From positions 1,320,001-1,352,000 of the forward strand of contig NC_010085.1 of assembly GCF_000018465.1 (NCBI RefSeq): 32,000 bases of DNA, read 5' to 3'. The stretch comes from Nitrosopumilus maritimus SCM1. Lineage in GTDB: Archaea > Thermoproteota > Nitrososphaeria > Nitrososphaerales > Nitrosopumilaceae. The notes below the pieces were generated by a model, which saw only the letters and a program-made list of their open reading frames with translations, had not been told where the DNA came from and ran no database searches. Positions 1 to 8,232 of the stretch are shown here, one piece after another (positions within the stretch are counted from its first letter, which is position 1; the number at the start of each line of letters is the position of its first letter). The position numbers and the translations under genes were made by a program.

Positions 1-116
1 CACTCAGAACACCAATAATTGAAATTGGTTACGTAACTACAGGAAAAGGTGTAATATTACAAAGAGACAACAAAGACATTCCTCTCAAAGACAAAGGTTG
101 GAAACACTTTAGATAA
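1..116 (+). CDS. C-terminal fragment of an unidentified protein (gene begins left of the window)
   Basis: Frame 3 is open from the window edge to TAA at 114-116 (...LRTPIIEIGYVTTGKGVILQRDNKDIPLKDKGWKHFR*). No family recognisable by eye. Confidence 0.3.
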   Translation, partial: LRTPIIEIGYVTTGKGVILQRDNKDIPLKDKGWKHFR

Positions 117-437
117 TTATTCGTCGTGTGATACGTCTCGCTCTACATTGTTTACTATTTCAAAAACAGATTCAGCAGGTAACACTGCAACACATTCAGT
201 CATCCACAAGTCATCAAGGTAGAGTAATCTCTTTTTATCATCTTCAGGCAAATCATCAGGTTGTGCTTCAGGGTATAGTGCATGCATCTTGTATCCTTCA
301 TTTGCAATTTGTTGGCATTTTTTTTCTTGGGGAGATAAAATCACTTCATTGATCGGTGCCATTGATTGCATTGCCATTGAACCAAACAAGGCAGCAGCTA
401 CTGCCACACCGATTGCCAGAAACCAAATGTTTCCCAT
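117..437 (-). CDS. small exported/membrane-anchored hypothetical protein
   Basis: ATG-initiated 106-aa ORF. It has an N-terminal hydrophobic segment (MGNIWFLAIGVAVAAALFGSMAM) followed by an acidic soluble part. No recognisable domain. Confidence 0.4.
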   Translation of the reverse strand: MGNIWFLAIGVAVAAALFGSMAMQSMAPINEVILSPQEKKCQQIANEGYKMHALYPEAQPDDLPEDDKKRLLYLDDLWMTECVAVLPAESVFEIVNNVERDVSHDE

Positions 438-553
438 ACGGAAATTCAGAGTTTTTCAGTATAAGAATAATAGTCGATTTTGGGCCAAGTGGCAAAATCA
501 AAGCAAAATTCCAAAATCAATGTTTTTTAAACCCCTTTAGGTGTGAGTAGTCA

Positions 554-1072
554 TTGTCAGAAACTGAAGCCAAAGTTGAGGAAGCACCAGTCGAAGAGGC
601 ACCAGCCCAAGAGACTGAGGCACCTGTCGAGGAAGCAAAATCCGAGGCAGTAGTAGAAAAAGCCCAACCAGAGGCAAAGAAAGAGGGCCCAGAAAAATGG
701 GGTATCGCTCACATTTACAGTAGTTACAATAACACAATCATTCACATGACCGATCTTACTGGTGGAGAAACTGTTTCTATCAGTTCAGGTGGAATTCATG
801 TCAATGCAGACAGATACGAATCATCACCATTTGCTGCAATGAAAGCTGCAAATCAAGTTGTAGAATCTGCAAAGACAAAAGGATTCACAGGATTTCACAT
901 CAGAGTTCGCGCAGTTGGTGGAGTTGGTTCTAGAGTTCCAGGTCCAGGTGCACAAGCTGCAATCAGAGCATTAGCAAGAGGTGGATTTAAGATTGGAAGA
1001 ATTGATGATGTTACACCTATTCCTCATGACACCACTAGAAAGAAGGGTGGAAAGAGAGGAAGAAGAGTCTAG
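554..1072 (+). CDS. rps11: 30S ribosomal protein uS11 (S11) with acidic N-terminal extension
   Basis: Core [26 protein letters not shown]...[10 protein letters not shown]...[43 protein letters not shown] matches archaeal S11 end to end. The only in-frame start after the TAG at 548-550 is TTG at 554. Confidence 0.93.
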   Translation: MSETEAKVEEAPVEEAPAQETEAPVEEAKSEAVVEKAQPEAKKEGPEKWGIAHIYSSYNNTIIHMTDLTGGETVSISSGGIHVNADRYESSPFAAMKAANQVVESAKTKGFTGFHIRVRAVGGVGSRVPGPGAQAAIRALARGGFKIGRIDDVTPIPHDTTRKKGGKRGRRV

Positions 1073-1377
1073 GCAACTACTCTAACTTTAACTTCACAAT
1101 TTTTAGAAGCAAAATAATCTCGCATAAATTCTGCAAACTTTTCTTCAGGTTTTGATCTGTATCTTGTTAACATATCAGCAAATTTTGTTGTAATGCCGTC
1201 ATGTAAATCTGATTTGAATGCAATTTGAAAAAAAGTCCAACCAAAATTTTCTTTTGGTTCACTGAACATGTATCCGTTGTATGCACCAGTTAATGTTTCC
1301 ATGTGGGAGAGAGCTCTTTTGATGTTAAATGCATCATCAGAATAATTTTTTGTAGAAATTTCTAGAGTTATTGCCAT
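1069..1377 (-). CDS. hypothetical protein (102 aa), last gene of the rtcB operon
   Basis: ATG-initiated ORF whose start overlaps the stop of the upstream gene (TAATG at 1375-1379). No recognisable motif. Confidence 0.5.
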   Translation of the reverse strand: MAITLEISTKNYSDDAFNIKRALSHMETLTGAYNGYMFSEPKENFGWTFFQIAFKSDLHDGITTKFADMLTRYRSKPEEKFAEFMRDYFASKNCEVKVRVVA

Positions 1378-1781
1378 TATTCATCCTTTGATTGTTTGGT
1401 GAGTTTGTCAGTTAATGAAACAAATTTTCCATCTTGTTCAACATTGATTTTAGTTTCCATTCGGATGTGTAGTCCAACTGCTCTAAACAGTGTCATGAGT
1501 TTACCACCATCAATTGTCTCATTTAGTTCTCCAGATTTGATTAGTTCGGATAATTTTTGTACAATCATTGCAGTTTCATTTGGAAATTGAGATTCTGCAT
1601 TTTGTAACACTTCTAGTCCTCTGAATCCCAAAACTTTGACTAGGATATCTCGTGGGTTTTCAGGTGGTTTTTCTTGTGTTTGCTCTGGAGTTTTTTCTGA
1701 ATCCTGTCTAGTGTTGATGTTTTTTTGCATCTCTGCTAGTCTCTTTGCCTTTAGTCGCTCTAGTTCTGAATCGTCGCTCAA
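1377..1781 (-). CDS. PDCD5/TFAR19-like DNA-binding protein
   Basis: N-terminal ELERLKAKRLAEMQ and C-terminal ...IVQKLSELIKSGELNETIDGGKLMTLFRAV resemble archaeal PDCD5-family proteins (MTH1615-like). The TTG start at 1779-1781 overlaps the rtcB TGA stop (TTGA). Confidence 0.55.
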   Translation of the reverse strand: MSDDSELERLKAKRLAEMQKNINTRQDSEKTPEQTQEKPPENPRDILVKVLGFRGLEVLQNAESQFPNETAMIVQKLSELIKSGELNETIDGGKLMTLFRAVGLHIRMETKINVEQDGKFVSLTDKLTKQSKDE

Positions 1782-3226
1782 CCTTTAATCACACCTATAG
1801 GCACCAATTTTGCTACTTTGGTGGCAATTCCTAGATTGTGAGATACATCAACTACAGAATTAACGTCCTTGTAGGCTTGAGGTGTCTCTTCCACAACTCC
1901 ATCTCGGGTTAATGCCTTGATAAATATGCCCTTGTCATTTAGGGATTTTTTAACATCATCTTCAGTGTAATTTCGTCTTGCTTTGGAACGTGACATTGTT
2001 CTTCCTGCACCATGTGCAGTAGAACCAAAGCTCAAGTCCATAGAATTTGGTTGTCCTAAAAGTATCCAGCTTGCAGTACCCATTGAACCTGGAACCAATA
2101 CGGGTTGCCCCAAATGACGATATTTTGTTGGAACCTCATCTCTGTTTGCAGGAAATGCTCTAGTTGCACCTTTTCTGTGGACAACTAGTTTTCTTTCTTC
2201 TCCGTTTACTTTGTGTTTTTCAACTTTAGCTATATTGTGTGCAACGTCGTACACTAGTTTCATGTCAAGATCAGATTCAGATTGGTTGAATACGCGTTCA
2301 AAAGATTTTCTTGTCCAATGAGTGATCATCTGTCTGTTACTCCATGCAAAGTTTAAAGCTGCAAACATTGCTTTTCTGTAAGACTCTCCTTCTTCAGAAG
2401 TATTTGGAACACATGCAAGTTCTCTGTCTGGTAGAGTGATGTCATACTTTGACATTGCTTGTTCTGATACTCTCAAATAATCACTACAAACTTGGTGACC
2501 AAATCCTCTTGAACCACAATGAACTAGAACTGTAATTGTTCCTTCTTTGATTCCCATCTTTTCAGCTGCTTCTTCATCATGAACTTCTGCAACCTTTTGA
2601 ATTTCTAAAAAGTGATTTCCAGAGCCTAAACTTCCAAGTTGTGGAGCTCCTCTCTTTCTTGCTTTATCTGAAACTTTGTTAGGGTCTGCATTTTTTATCT
2701 GACCATTCTCTTCACAAACATCTGAATCATTTGTAGAACCATAACCATGATCAATTGCCCAGTTTACACCATTAACTAGAACCTCGTCTAGTTCTGAGTG
2801 ACTAAGTTTTACTGCACCTTTAGAGCCAACTCCTGAAGGAATTGAACTAAACAAATCAGTTACCAAGTCCTTTAGTTTTGAGCGAACTACTTCTTCAGTT
2901 AGATTAGAGCGGAGCAATCTCACTCCACAGTTAATGTCATAACCGACACCACCAGGACTGATCATTCCTTCTTCAGCATCCATAGCAGCAACTCCACCTA
3001 CTGGAAAACCATACCCTTCATGTCCATCAGGTAAAACTACACTGTGTCCTACGATTCCAGGAATAGATGAGACATTTCTTGCTTGCATGATAGTTCTATC
3101 TGTAAGCATTTTGTCAAGTAATCCTTGATTTGCGTAAATCTTTACTGGAACTTTCATTCCTAAATTAGAATCAGCATCAATTTGGTATTGATTCTCACCA
3201 ATTTTCTTTGGAGTAATGTCACCCAT
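1778..3226 (-). CDS. rtcB: RNA-splicing ligase RtcB
   Basis: Diagnostic RtcB motifs are readable: GYDINCGVRLL, GSGNHFLE, HCGSRGFGHQV, HRKGATRA, PGSMGTASW, STAHGAGR. The 482-aa length is typical. Confidence 0.96.
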   Translation of the reverse strand: MGDITPKKIGENQYQIDADSNLGMKVPVKIYANQGLLDKMLTDRTIMQARNVSSIPGIVGHSVVLPDGHEGYGFPVGGVAAMDAEEGMISPGGVGYDINCGVRLLRSNLTEEVVRSKLKDLVTDLFSSIPSGVGSKGAVKLSHSELDEVLVNGVNWAIDHGYGSTNDSDVCEENGQIKNADPNKVSDKARKRGAPQLGSLGSGNHFLEIQKVAEVHDEEAAEKMGIKEGTITVLVHCGSRGFGHQVCSDYLRVSEQAMSKYDITLPDRELACVPNTSEEGESYRKAMFAALNFAWSNRQMITHWTRKSFERVFNQSESDLDMKLVYDVAHNIAKVEKHKVNGEERKLVVHRKGATRAFPANRDEVPTKYRHLGQPVLVPGSMGTASWILLGQPNSMDLSFGSTAHGAGRTMSRSKARRNYTEDDVKKSLNDKGIFIKALTRDGVVEETPQAYKDVNSVVDVSHNLGIATKVAKLVPIGVIKG

Positions 3227-3278
3227 ACAATTTGAAAATCTACAAGTTGCAATTTTAATCTTCAGTAAAATATGATTC

Positions 3279-3539
3279 TTGAAAAATTCAAAACGGAAAA
3301 TGATGATAGGACTTAACTATGATAAATTACATTTAGAAAATATGGTAAGACGAAAACTAACTGAAGAAGAGAAAGAGAAACAAAAAGACGAACAAAAAAC
3401 TAGAGCAAAAGCATCAAGGGCAGCAAGAAGAAGTGGGAAAAGCATCAAAAAAGAAGGCAAAGTGAGCAAGTCAAAGGCCAAGACAAAGGAGCCTAGATCT
3501 CAAAGAAAGATTGCCACAATAAACAAATCACGATACTAG
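3279..3539 (+). CDS. small lysine/arginine-rich basic protein (hypothetical)
   Basis: ORF rich in K/R/E (…KEKQKDEQKTRAKASRAARRSGKSIKKEGKVSKSKAKTKEPRSQRK…). The track start at 3279 is TTG, and an in-frame ATG-ATG at 3300 is a more likely start. Divergent from rtcB. Confidence 0.4.
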   Translation: MKNSKRKMMIGLNYDKLHLENMVRRKLTEEEKEKQKDEQKTRAKASRAARRSGKSIKKEGKVSKSKAKTKEPRSQRKIATINKSRY

Positions 3540-3581
3540 ACTAGGAGTAGATTTATTTTCCAATAGATTCAATCTGAATCA

Positions 3582-4943
3582 TTGGCAATTCTACCTATTG
3601 ATAGTGGCCGTTATGGCACTAAAGAAATGATGGAAATTTTTAGTGAACAGAATAAAGTCGACTATCAATTACAAATTGAAGGAGCAGCTGCAATTTCACA
3701 AAGTGAAATTGGAATGATTCCAAAAACAGTTGGAAGAAAAATTTTCAAAACTGCAAATTCAGGTAAAATTACTGCAAAGAGAATCAAGCAACTTGAAGCT
3801 AAAAGTGATCACGATACAGCAGCACTTGTTGAATCACTAAGTGAAAAGTGTACCAAAGATGCAAGACCATGGATTCACTATGGATTGACAAGCAATGACT
3901 TGGTTGATACGAGTAACTCTATGCAGATGCGCGATGCATTATTAATCATTGAACCAAAAGTTGCAAAGATTGCATCCATTTTAGCAAAAAAAGCAGTAAA
4001 GCACTCCAAGGTTCCAGCAGTTGGTAGAACACACGGACAGCATGCCAGTATCATTTCATTTGGATTAAAATTTGCAAATTGGGCAGCCGAGATGGCAAAG
4101 CACGTTGAGAGAATTGAAGAAATCAAGAAAAGAATTTTGATTTGCAAGACACTAGGTGTTGTTGGAACAGGTTCGCTAATGGGTGCAAAATCACTTGAAG
4201 TCCAGAGACGAGCTGCAAAGAGATTGAAATTGTTCCCAGCTGAAGTTACAACTCAAGTTGTTCCAAGGGAGAGATATGCAGAATACGTCTTTGAGTTAGC
4301 TTTGATTGGTGCAACATTAGAGAAAATTGCAATAGAGATTAGAAATTTGCAGAGAACAGAGATTGGTGAGGTAGCTGAGCAATTCAAGAAAGGTCAGATG
4401 GGAAGCAGTGCAGTTCCCGTAAAGAGAAATCCAATCAAAAGTGAGCGTGTATCATCATTATCCAAGCTAGTTAGAAGCCAAGTTGCTCTATCATTTGAGA
4501 ACATTCCACTTTGGCACGAGCGTGATTTATCAAATTCAGCTAATGAGCGATTTGTAATTCCTACAGTATCAATTCTTGTAGATGAGATGCTTGAAACCAT
4601 GACTAGAATTGTTTCAAATCTATTGGTAAATGAAAAGAGAATTGTTGATAATCTCTACATCACAAAGGGACAAATCTTTGCTGAATTTGTTTTAGAAGCA
4701 CTAATCAAGAAAGGTGTTCCAAGATTTGTTGCATACAGAGACGTGCAGCGAGTTGCATTTTTGGCAAATGACAAGGGAATGCTCTACAAAGATGCAATCA
4801 AAAATGACAAGGCATTCACATCAAAGCTAACTGACAAAGAGATTGATGCAATATTCTCACCTGAAAAACACTTGGGTGCATCACCTAAAATTATCAGTAA
4901 CGTAAACCAGTCTGTTCAAAAGACAGTAAAGAAATTCATCTAG
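3582..4943 (+). CDS. purB: adenylosuccinate lyase
   Basis: Fumarate-lyase signature GSSAVPVKRNP, N-terminal IDSGRYGTKEM..IF, HYGLTSNDLVDT and GRTHGQHA are typical of PurB. Length 453 aa, TTG start. Confidence 0.92.
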   Translation: MAILPIDSGRYGTKEMMEIFSEQNKVDYQLQIEGAAAISQSEIGMIPKTVGRKIFKTANSGKITAKRIKQLEAKSDHDTAALVESLSEKCTKDARPWIHYGLTSNDLVDTSNSMQMRDALLIIEPKVAKIASILAKKAVKHSKVPAVGRTHGQHASIISFGLKFANWAAEMAKHVERIEEIKKRILICKTLGVVGTGSLMGAKSLEVQRRAAKRLKLFPAEVTTQVVPRERYAEYVFELALIGATLEKIAIEIRNLQRTEIGEVAEQFKKGQMGSSAVPVKRNPIKSERVSSLSKLVRSQVALSFENIPLWHERDLSNSANERFVIPTVSILVDEMLETMTRIVSNLLVNEKRIVDNLYITKGQIFAEFVLEALIKKGVPRFVAYRDVQRVAFLANDKGMLYKDAIKNDKAFTSKLTDKEIDAIFSPEKHLGASPKIISNVNQSVQKTVKKFI

Positions 4944-4945
4944 AC

Positions 4946-4969
4946 TTGAACCCATTATAACAGGTTCAA
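4946..4969. terminator. 7-bp stem hairpin between convergent purB and RHH gene stops
   Basis: TTGAACC (4946-4952) and GGTTCAA (4963-4969) are perfect reverse complements with a 10-nt loop. The hairpin lies in the 29-nt gap between two convergent stop codons. It shares the TTGAACC core with the dispersed intergenic motif. Confidence 0.4.
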
Positions 4970-4972
4970 AAT

Positions 4973-5116
4973 TTACTTGAGACCTTTTCGTAAAACTTCA
5001 TTTAACACATTAGAGAAGCTTACTGATTTTTCGGTTTTTATGATCTGTTTTGCTTGAATCATTCTAATTTTCTTATCGAATTCATCATTAAGCATTATTG
5101 TGATTCTTTTTGCCAT
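4973..5116 (-). CDS. ribbon-helix-helix (CopG/Arc-type) DNA-binding protein, 47 aa (absent from ORF track)
   Basis: Hand translation of the minus strand gives ATG(5116)...TAA(4973-4975): MAKRITIMLNDEFDKKIRMIQAKQIIKTEKSVSFSNVLNEVLRKGLK. The pattern is a beta-strand (RITIML) followed by two helices, typical of RHH. Confidence 0.6.
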   Translation of the reverse strand: MAKRITIMLNDEFDKKIRMIQAKQIIKTEKSVSFSNVLNEVLRKGLK

Positions 5117-5202
5117 GCGTATTTTTCAAGTTTGTTATAATTAAGGAGATCCTGCCAAAAATGGAAATGATACAATATGATTATATTCTATTATGCAAAT
5201 TT

Positions 5203-6207
5203 TCATTCCAGTTCAGCATGTCCAAATAAAGTACTAAATGCTTGACACCAAATCAAAACATTATCGTATTTTGTCAAATCTACATCAGAGGGAATGATGT
5301 ATGATTGCTCTCCACCAAATGACTGTATTTGTCCAACACTAACAAAATCATTTGCAGATTTGTCAGTTGCAAGATACACGTACAAATCAGGACCATGTGT
5401 TGTGTCAAAGGTTTCATCAAAGTGCAGAGTTCCTCCTTGATCAGGTGTGAATTCTATGCTTGCAGTACCAGAGACTCTATGTATAAAATCAGCATCATGA
5501 AATTGGCCTGAAAAAGTTTGAGGTTCTAAAACAGCAGATGGTACAGACAGTATTCCGTTTGCAATCAAAAATTGAATATTATTTAGAAATTCATCATCAG
5601 AGATTATTCCCTCAGTCCACCATTTTCCGTTATTTTTGATCCAATCAGGAATTTCATCTGATTGTTCATCAGAAATTACAGTTGGAGGCACAACTAGAAT
5701 GCCTTGATTGATGAGAAACTCTATTCCACGCACAAATTCTTGGTCACCAATAATGCCATCAGCCCACCATTCAACATTGTTTTTTATCCATTCTGGAATT
5801 TGATTTGGCACACCTTCAACACTAATTGATAGTGATTCGTATTGATGTGTGCATACTTGTCTATGAATTTCTCTGCACTGGCTGATTACTTGAAGAAAAT
5901 AGTTTCCTGTTTCTGCATCAACAGGTATTGGAATCGATATAGAAAATTCTCCATCAGCATTACTTGTTGTGTAGTCATCAAAAATTTTTATTCCGTTAGG
6001 AGTTGCTGCAGTTACTCGTAACAGTACATCTGATGTTGCTTCATCATTGTAATTTACCCATCCTGAAATTACAATGTCTTCTCCTTGTTTGTAGTTGAAT
6101 TTCTCTGATGTAATTATTGGACTAGATATGTGGGTTTGATAGGAATCTAGAATCATAACATTTGAAGAAAATAAAACAACTACAAGGAATAGTACACTTT
6201 TGATCAT
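5203..6207 (-). CDS. secreted protein with tandem 38-aa repeats and C-terminal DM13 domain
   Basis: N-terminal signal/anchor MIKSVLFLVVVLFSSNVMIL. The C-terminal ~100 aa (FHDADFIHRVSGTASI...HGPDLYVYLA...GEQSYIIPSDVDL..YDNVLIWCQAFSTLFGHAEL) matches the DM13 pattern. Confidence 0.65.
   Translation of the reverse strand: MIKSVLFLVVVLFSSNVMILDSYQTHISSPIITSEKFNYKQGEDIVISGWVNYNDEATSDVLLRVTAATPNGIKIFDDYTTSNADGEFSISIPIPVDAETGNYFLQVISQCREIHRQVCTHQYESLSISVEGVPNQIPEWIKNNVEWWADGIIGDQEFVRGIEFLINQGILVVPPTVISDEQSDEIPDWIKNNGKWWTEGIISDDEFLNNIQFLIANGILSVPSAVLEPQTFSGQFHDADFIHRVSGTASIEFTPDQGGTLHFDETFDTTHGPDLYVYLATDKSANDFVSVGQIQSFGGEQSYIIPSDVDLTKYDNVLIWCQAFSTLFGHAELE
5539..5799 (-). repeat. in-frame tandem duplication encoding two 38-aa modules
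   Basis: IPEWIKNNVEWWADGIIGDQEFVRGIEFLINQGILVVP (aa 137-174) and IPDWIKNNGKWWTEGIISDDEFLNNIQFLIANGILSVP (aa 186-223) of the 5203-6207 protein. Confidence 0.85.
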
Positions 6208-6249
6208 ATTGTTTTTTGAAAAAAACTAGTATTTCAATTAAATTACAAA

Positions 6250-7284
6250 TTATGGTTTTGCAATATAGTAATAGTTGATTGGATCATGTGGAAGTTCTTT
6301 TACATCCACACTGGAAAATCCTGCTTCATTGAGCATTTGAGTTGCTAATTCTTTGCCCCACATAGCACCAAGACCTTTTCCTTCTAATGCCAAAGATACA
6401 GTCATGCAATGCAAGCACGAAACTGTGTAAAGGTAAGGTGCCAATGAATGATTCATGTTATTTTCTAATTTTGATGAAGCACGAATATCTTGCATCATAA
6501 ATATTCCATCAGGTTTTAGTGCTTTTTTGATGTTTTCTAAAACTTTATCAGGATTTGCTTGATCATGAATTGCATCAAATGCAGTAATTACATCAAAAGA
6601 ATTTTCACTATCAAAGTTTGCTGCATCTTGTTTTTCAAAGGTCACATTAGATAATCCAAGTTTTTGTGCCTCATTTTTGGCATTTTGAATTGCTTCGGAT
6701 GAAAAATCATAACCAGTAAAGTGAGAATTTGGAAATGATTTTGCCATCAGATTGATTGCTCTACCACTTCCACAACCAACATCTAGGACTTTGAGACCAG
6801 AATGTAATTTCTCATAGGTTGGAATTAATGGTAAGATTTCTTTTACTAGTGCTGGCAAAACTGTCTGCTGACTTTCTTCAGCCATTACAGTATGAAATCG
6901 ATTAAACATTTCATAAGAAACACCACCGCCTTTCTCAAAGCAATCAACAATATGATCCTCAACATATGCCAATGCAGGAATCCATTGCATTGATGATGCG
7001 AAGTTGTATTCTCCATCTCTTGTCAGAAACTCTGCCTTTTCTTTTGATAGTGAATATTTTTGAGATTCAGGATCATAATCAATAATTTTTGAAGTAACAA
7101 GACCTCCTAGCCATTCTCGAACATATCTTTCATTGAGATTTGCGGCAGTTGCAATCTCTTGACTAGTAGAGGGTTCAAGTTTTGACATTGCATCAAAGAG
7201 TTTGGTTCTATGGCCAACAGATAGTAATAATGCTATTGCTGCTTTGTTCATAACATCAAGCATTTCATCTTCAAATGAAGGCAT
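6250..7284 (-). CDS. class I SAM-dependent methyltransferase with N-terminal winged-helix-like domain
   Basis: Motif I VLDVGCGSGRA and post-I acidic residue (GYDFS), followed by DVITAFDAIHD and LKPDGIFMM. Substrate unknown. Confidence 0.75.
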   Translation of the reverse strand: MPSFEDEMLDVMNKAAIALLLSVGHRTKLFDAMSKLEPSTSQEIATAANLNERYVREWLGGLVTSKIIDYDPESQKYSLSKEKAEFLTRDGEYNFASSMQWIPALAYVEDHIVDCFEKGGGVSYEMFNRFHTVMAEESQQTVLPALVKEILPLIPTYEKLHSGLKVLDVGCGSGRAINLMAKSFPNSHFTGYDFSSEAIQNAKNEAQKLGLSNVTFEKQDAANFDSENSFDVITAFDAIHDQANPDKVLENIKKALKPDGIFMMQDIRASSKLENNMNHSLAPYLYTVSCLHCMTVSLALEGKGLGAMWGKELATQMLNEAGFSSVDVKELPHDPINYYYIAKP

Positions 7285-7364
7285 GAATCAATTAGAAATA
7301 TTCAGGATAATTATTGTTTTGAATCCTTGGGTTTGAATCTCATAAAACTTGAACCAATTATCAG

Positions 7365-7419
7365 AAAAAAATGAGGGTTAGAGTACTTGTACAAATAAAA
7401 TATGTAAAAACAAGTACTC
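7365..7419 (-). terminator. hairpin plus T7 tract downstream of the 94-aa gene
   Basis: A perfect 10-bp inverted repeat GAGTACTTGT (7381-7390) / ACAAGTACTC (7410-7419) is followed on the minus strand by a run of seven T (A-run 7365-7371 on +). It lies 38 nt past the stop at 7457. Confidence 0.5.
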
Positions 7420-7456
7420 AAAATTTAGTTTCCACTAGGGAAAAACTACGAGTACT

Positions 7457-7741
7457 TTAGAGAATTTGTGAACGAATTACTTCGTCAAAGGCTTCAAGAT
7501 ATGCAATCTGGGACAAAATCATTTCAGTTTGCATCGTATCAGATGTGTTTATTGGAGATCCTGTATCATTTGGGATTTTTAGAATCTCTGCTTCAACACC
7601 TTCAAGAAGCTCTCCAAACTCGTGAACTAGTACATCTGCCTCATGATCACCAAACACGTCAGTGATTCCTAATGCCATCATGACAACAAGTGCCATTATA
7701 GCAGTCAGTGCGACAGATTTCTTGCTATTTGTTCTAGTCAC
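7457..7741 (-). CDS. small secreted hypothetical protein
   Basis: GTG-initiated 94-aa ORF with a signal-like N-terminus (KKSVALTAIMALVVMMALGITDVFG). No recognisable domain. Confidence 0.45.
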   Translation of the reverse strand: MTRTNSKKSVALTAIMALVVMMALGITDVFGDHEADVLVHEFGELLEGVEAEILKIPNDTGSPINTSDTMQTEMILSQIAYLEAFDEVIRSQIL

Positions 7742-7784
7742 AAGAAAAATTTCAAATTATCATATTTAACAATAAAGAAGAAAA

Positions 7785-7826
7785 GATCTGATTCCCATAA
7801 GGTTTGAACCATTTTTGGGAACAAAA
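7785..7826. repeat. 42-bp intergenic hairpin repeat, copy 1
   Basis: GATCTGATTCCCATAAGGTTTGAACCATTTTTGGGAACAAAA matches the copy at 11891-11932 at 37/42 positions by hand alignment. Internal arms are TTCCCA (7792-7797) / TGGGAA (7816-7821). Confidence 0.8.
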
Positions 7827-7839
7827 TTAGTTTTCATTT

Positions 7840-8232
7840 TCAATCATATTCCCCGCATACATTATCCTTGATTGTTTGAATAGTAGGTTCCTCAAAGTAG
7901 AATATTTCTACAGGTTCCTGAGAGGATATTATTCTCTCGCATTTGTAAGTAATTTGTTGACCATCCAAACTATCTGAGAATGTCAATGAAACATATCTTG
8001 CATTCTTGGAGTATGTAAAGCTGATTTCTTTTTCAAACAAAGTTCCAGACATGGAAGTTATTCCACTTAGAGGATAAGTCTCACGAAACTGCTGCACCAA
8101 TTCATTTGACTGATATTCATCAATCTGTTGGTGGGTAAGTGGACCCATAACAAACACGAGAAATCCAGTTATCACAAAAAATGACAAGACAACCCCAATT
8201 ACTCCAATGATTATCAAGGGTTTGGTTTTCAT
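7840..8232 (-). CDS. membrane-anchored hypothetical protein (130 aa), operon gene 4
   Basis: N-terminal anchor MKTKPLIIIGVIGVVLSFFVITGF is paralogous to the anchors of the two upstream genes. Its start overlaps the upstream stop (ATGA, 8229-8232). Confidence 0.6.
   Translation of the reverse strand: MKTKPLIIIGVIGVVLSFFVITGFLVFVMGPLTHQQIDEYQSNELVQQFRETYPLSGITSMSGTLFEKEISFTYSKNARYVSLTFSDSLDGQQITYKCERIISSQEPVEIFYFEEPTIQTIKDNVCGEYD

Noticed and set aside
128-745. Multiple short ORFs (128-352, 289-540, 356-550, 537-737, 557-745)
   Set aside because: They overlap the 117-437 gene or the S11 acidic extension in other frames. The sequences are proline-, leucine- or cysteine-rich artefacts of the GAG/GCA-rich repeat, with no support.
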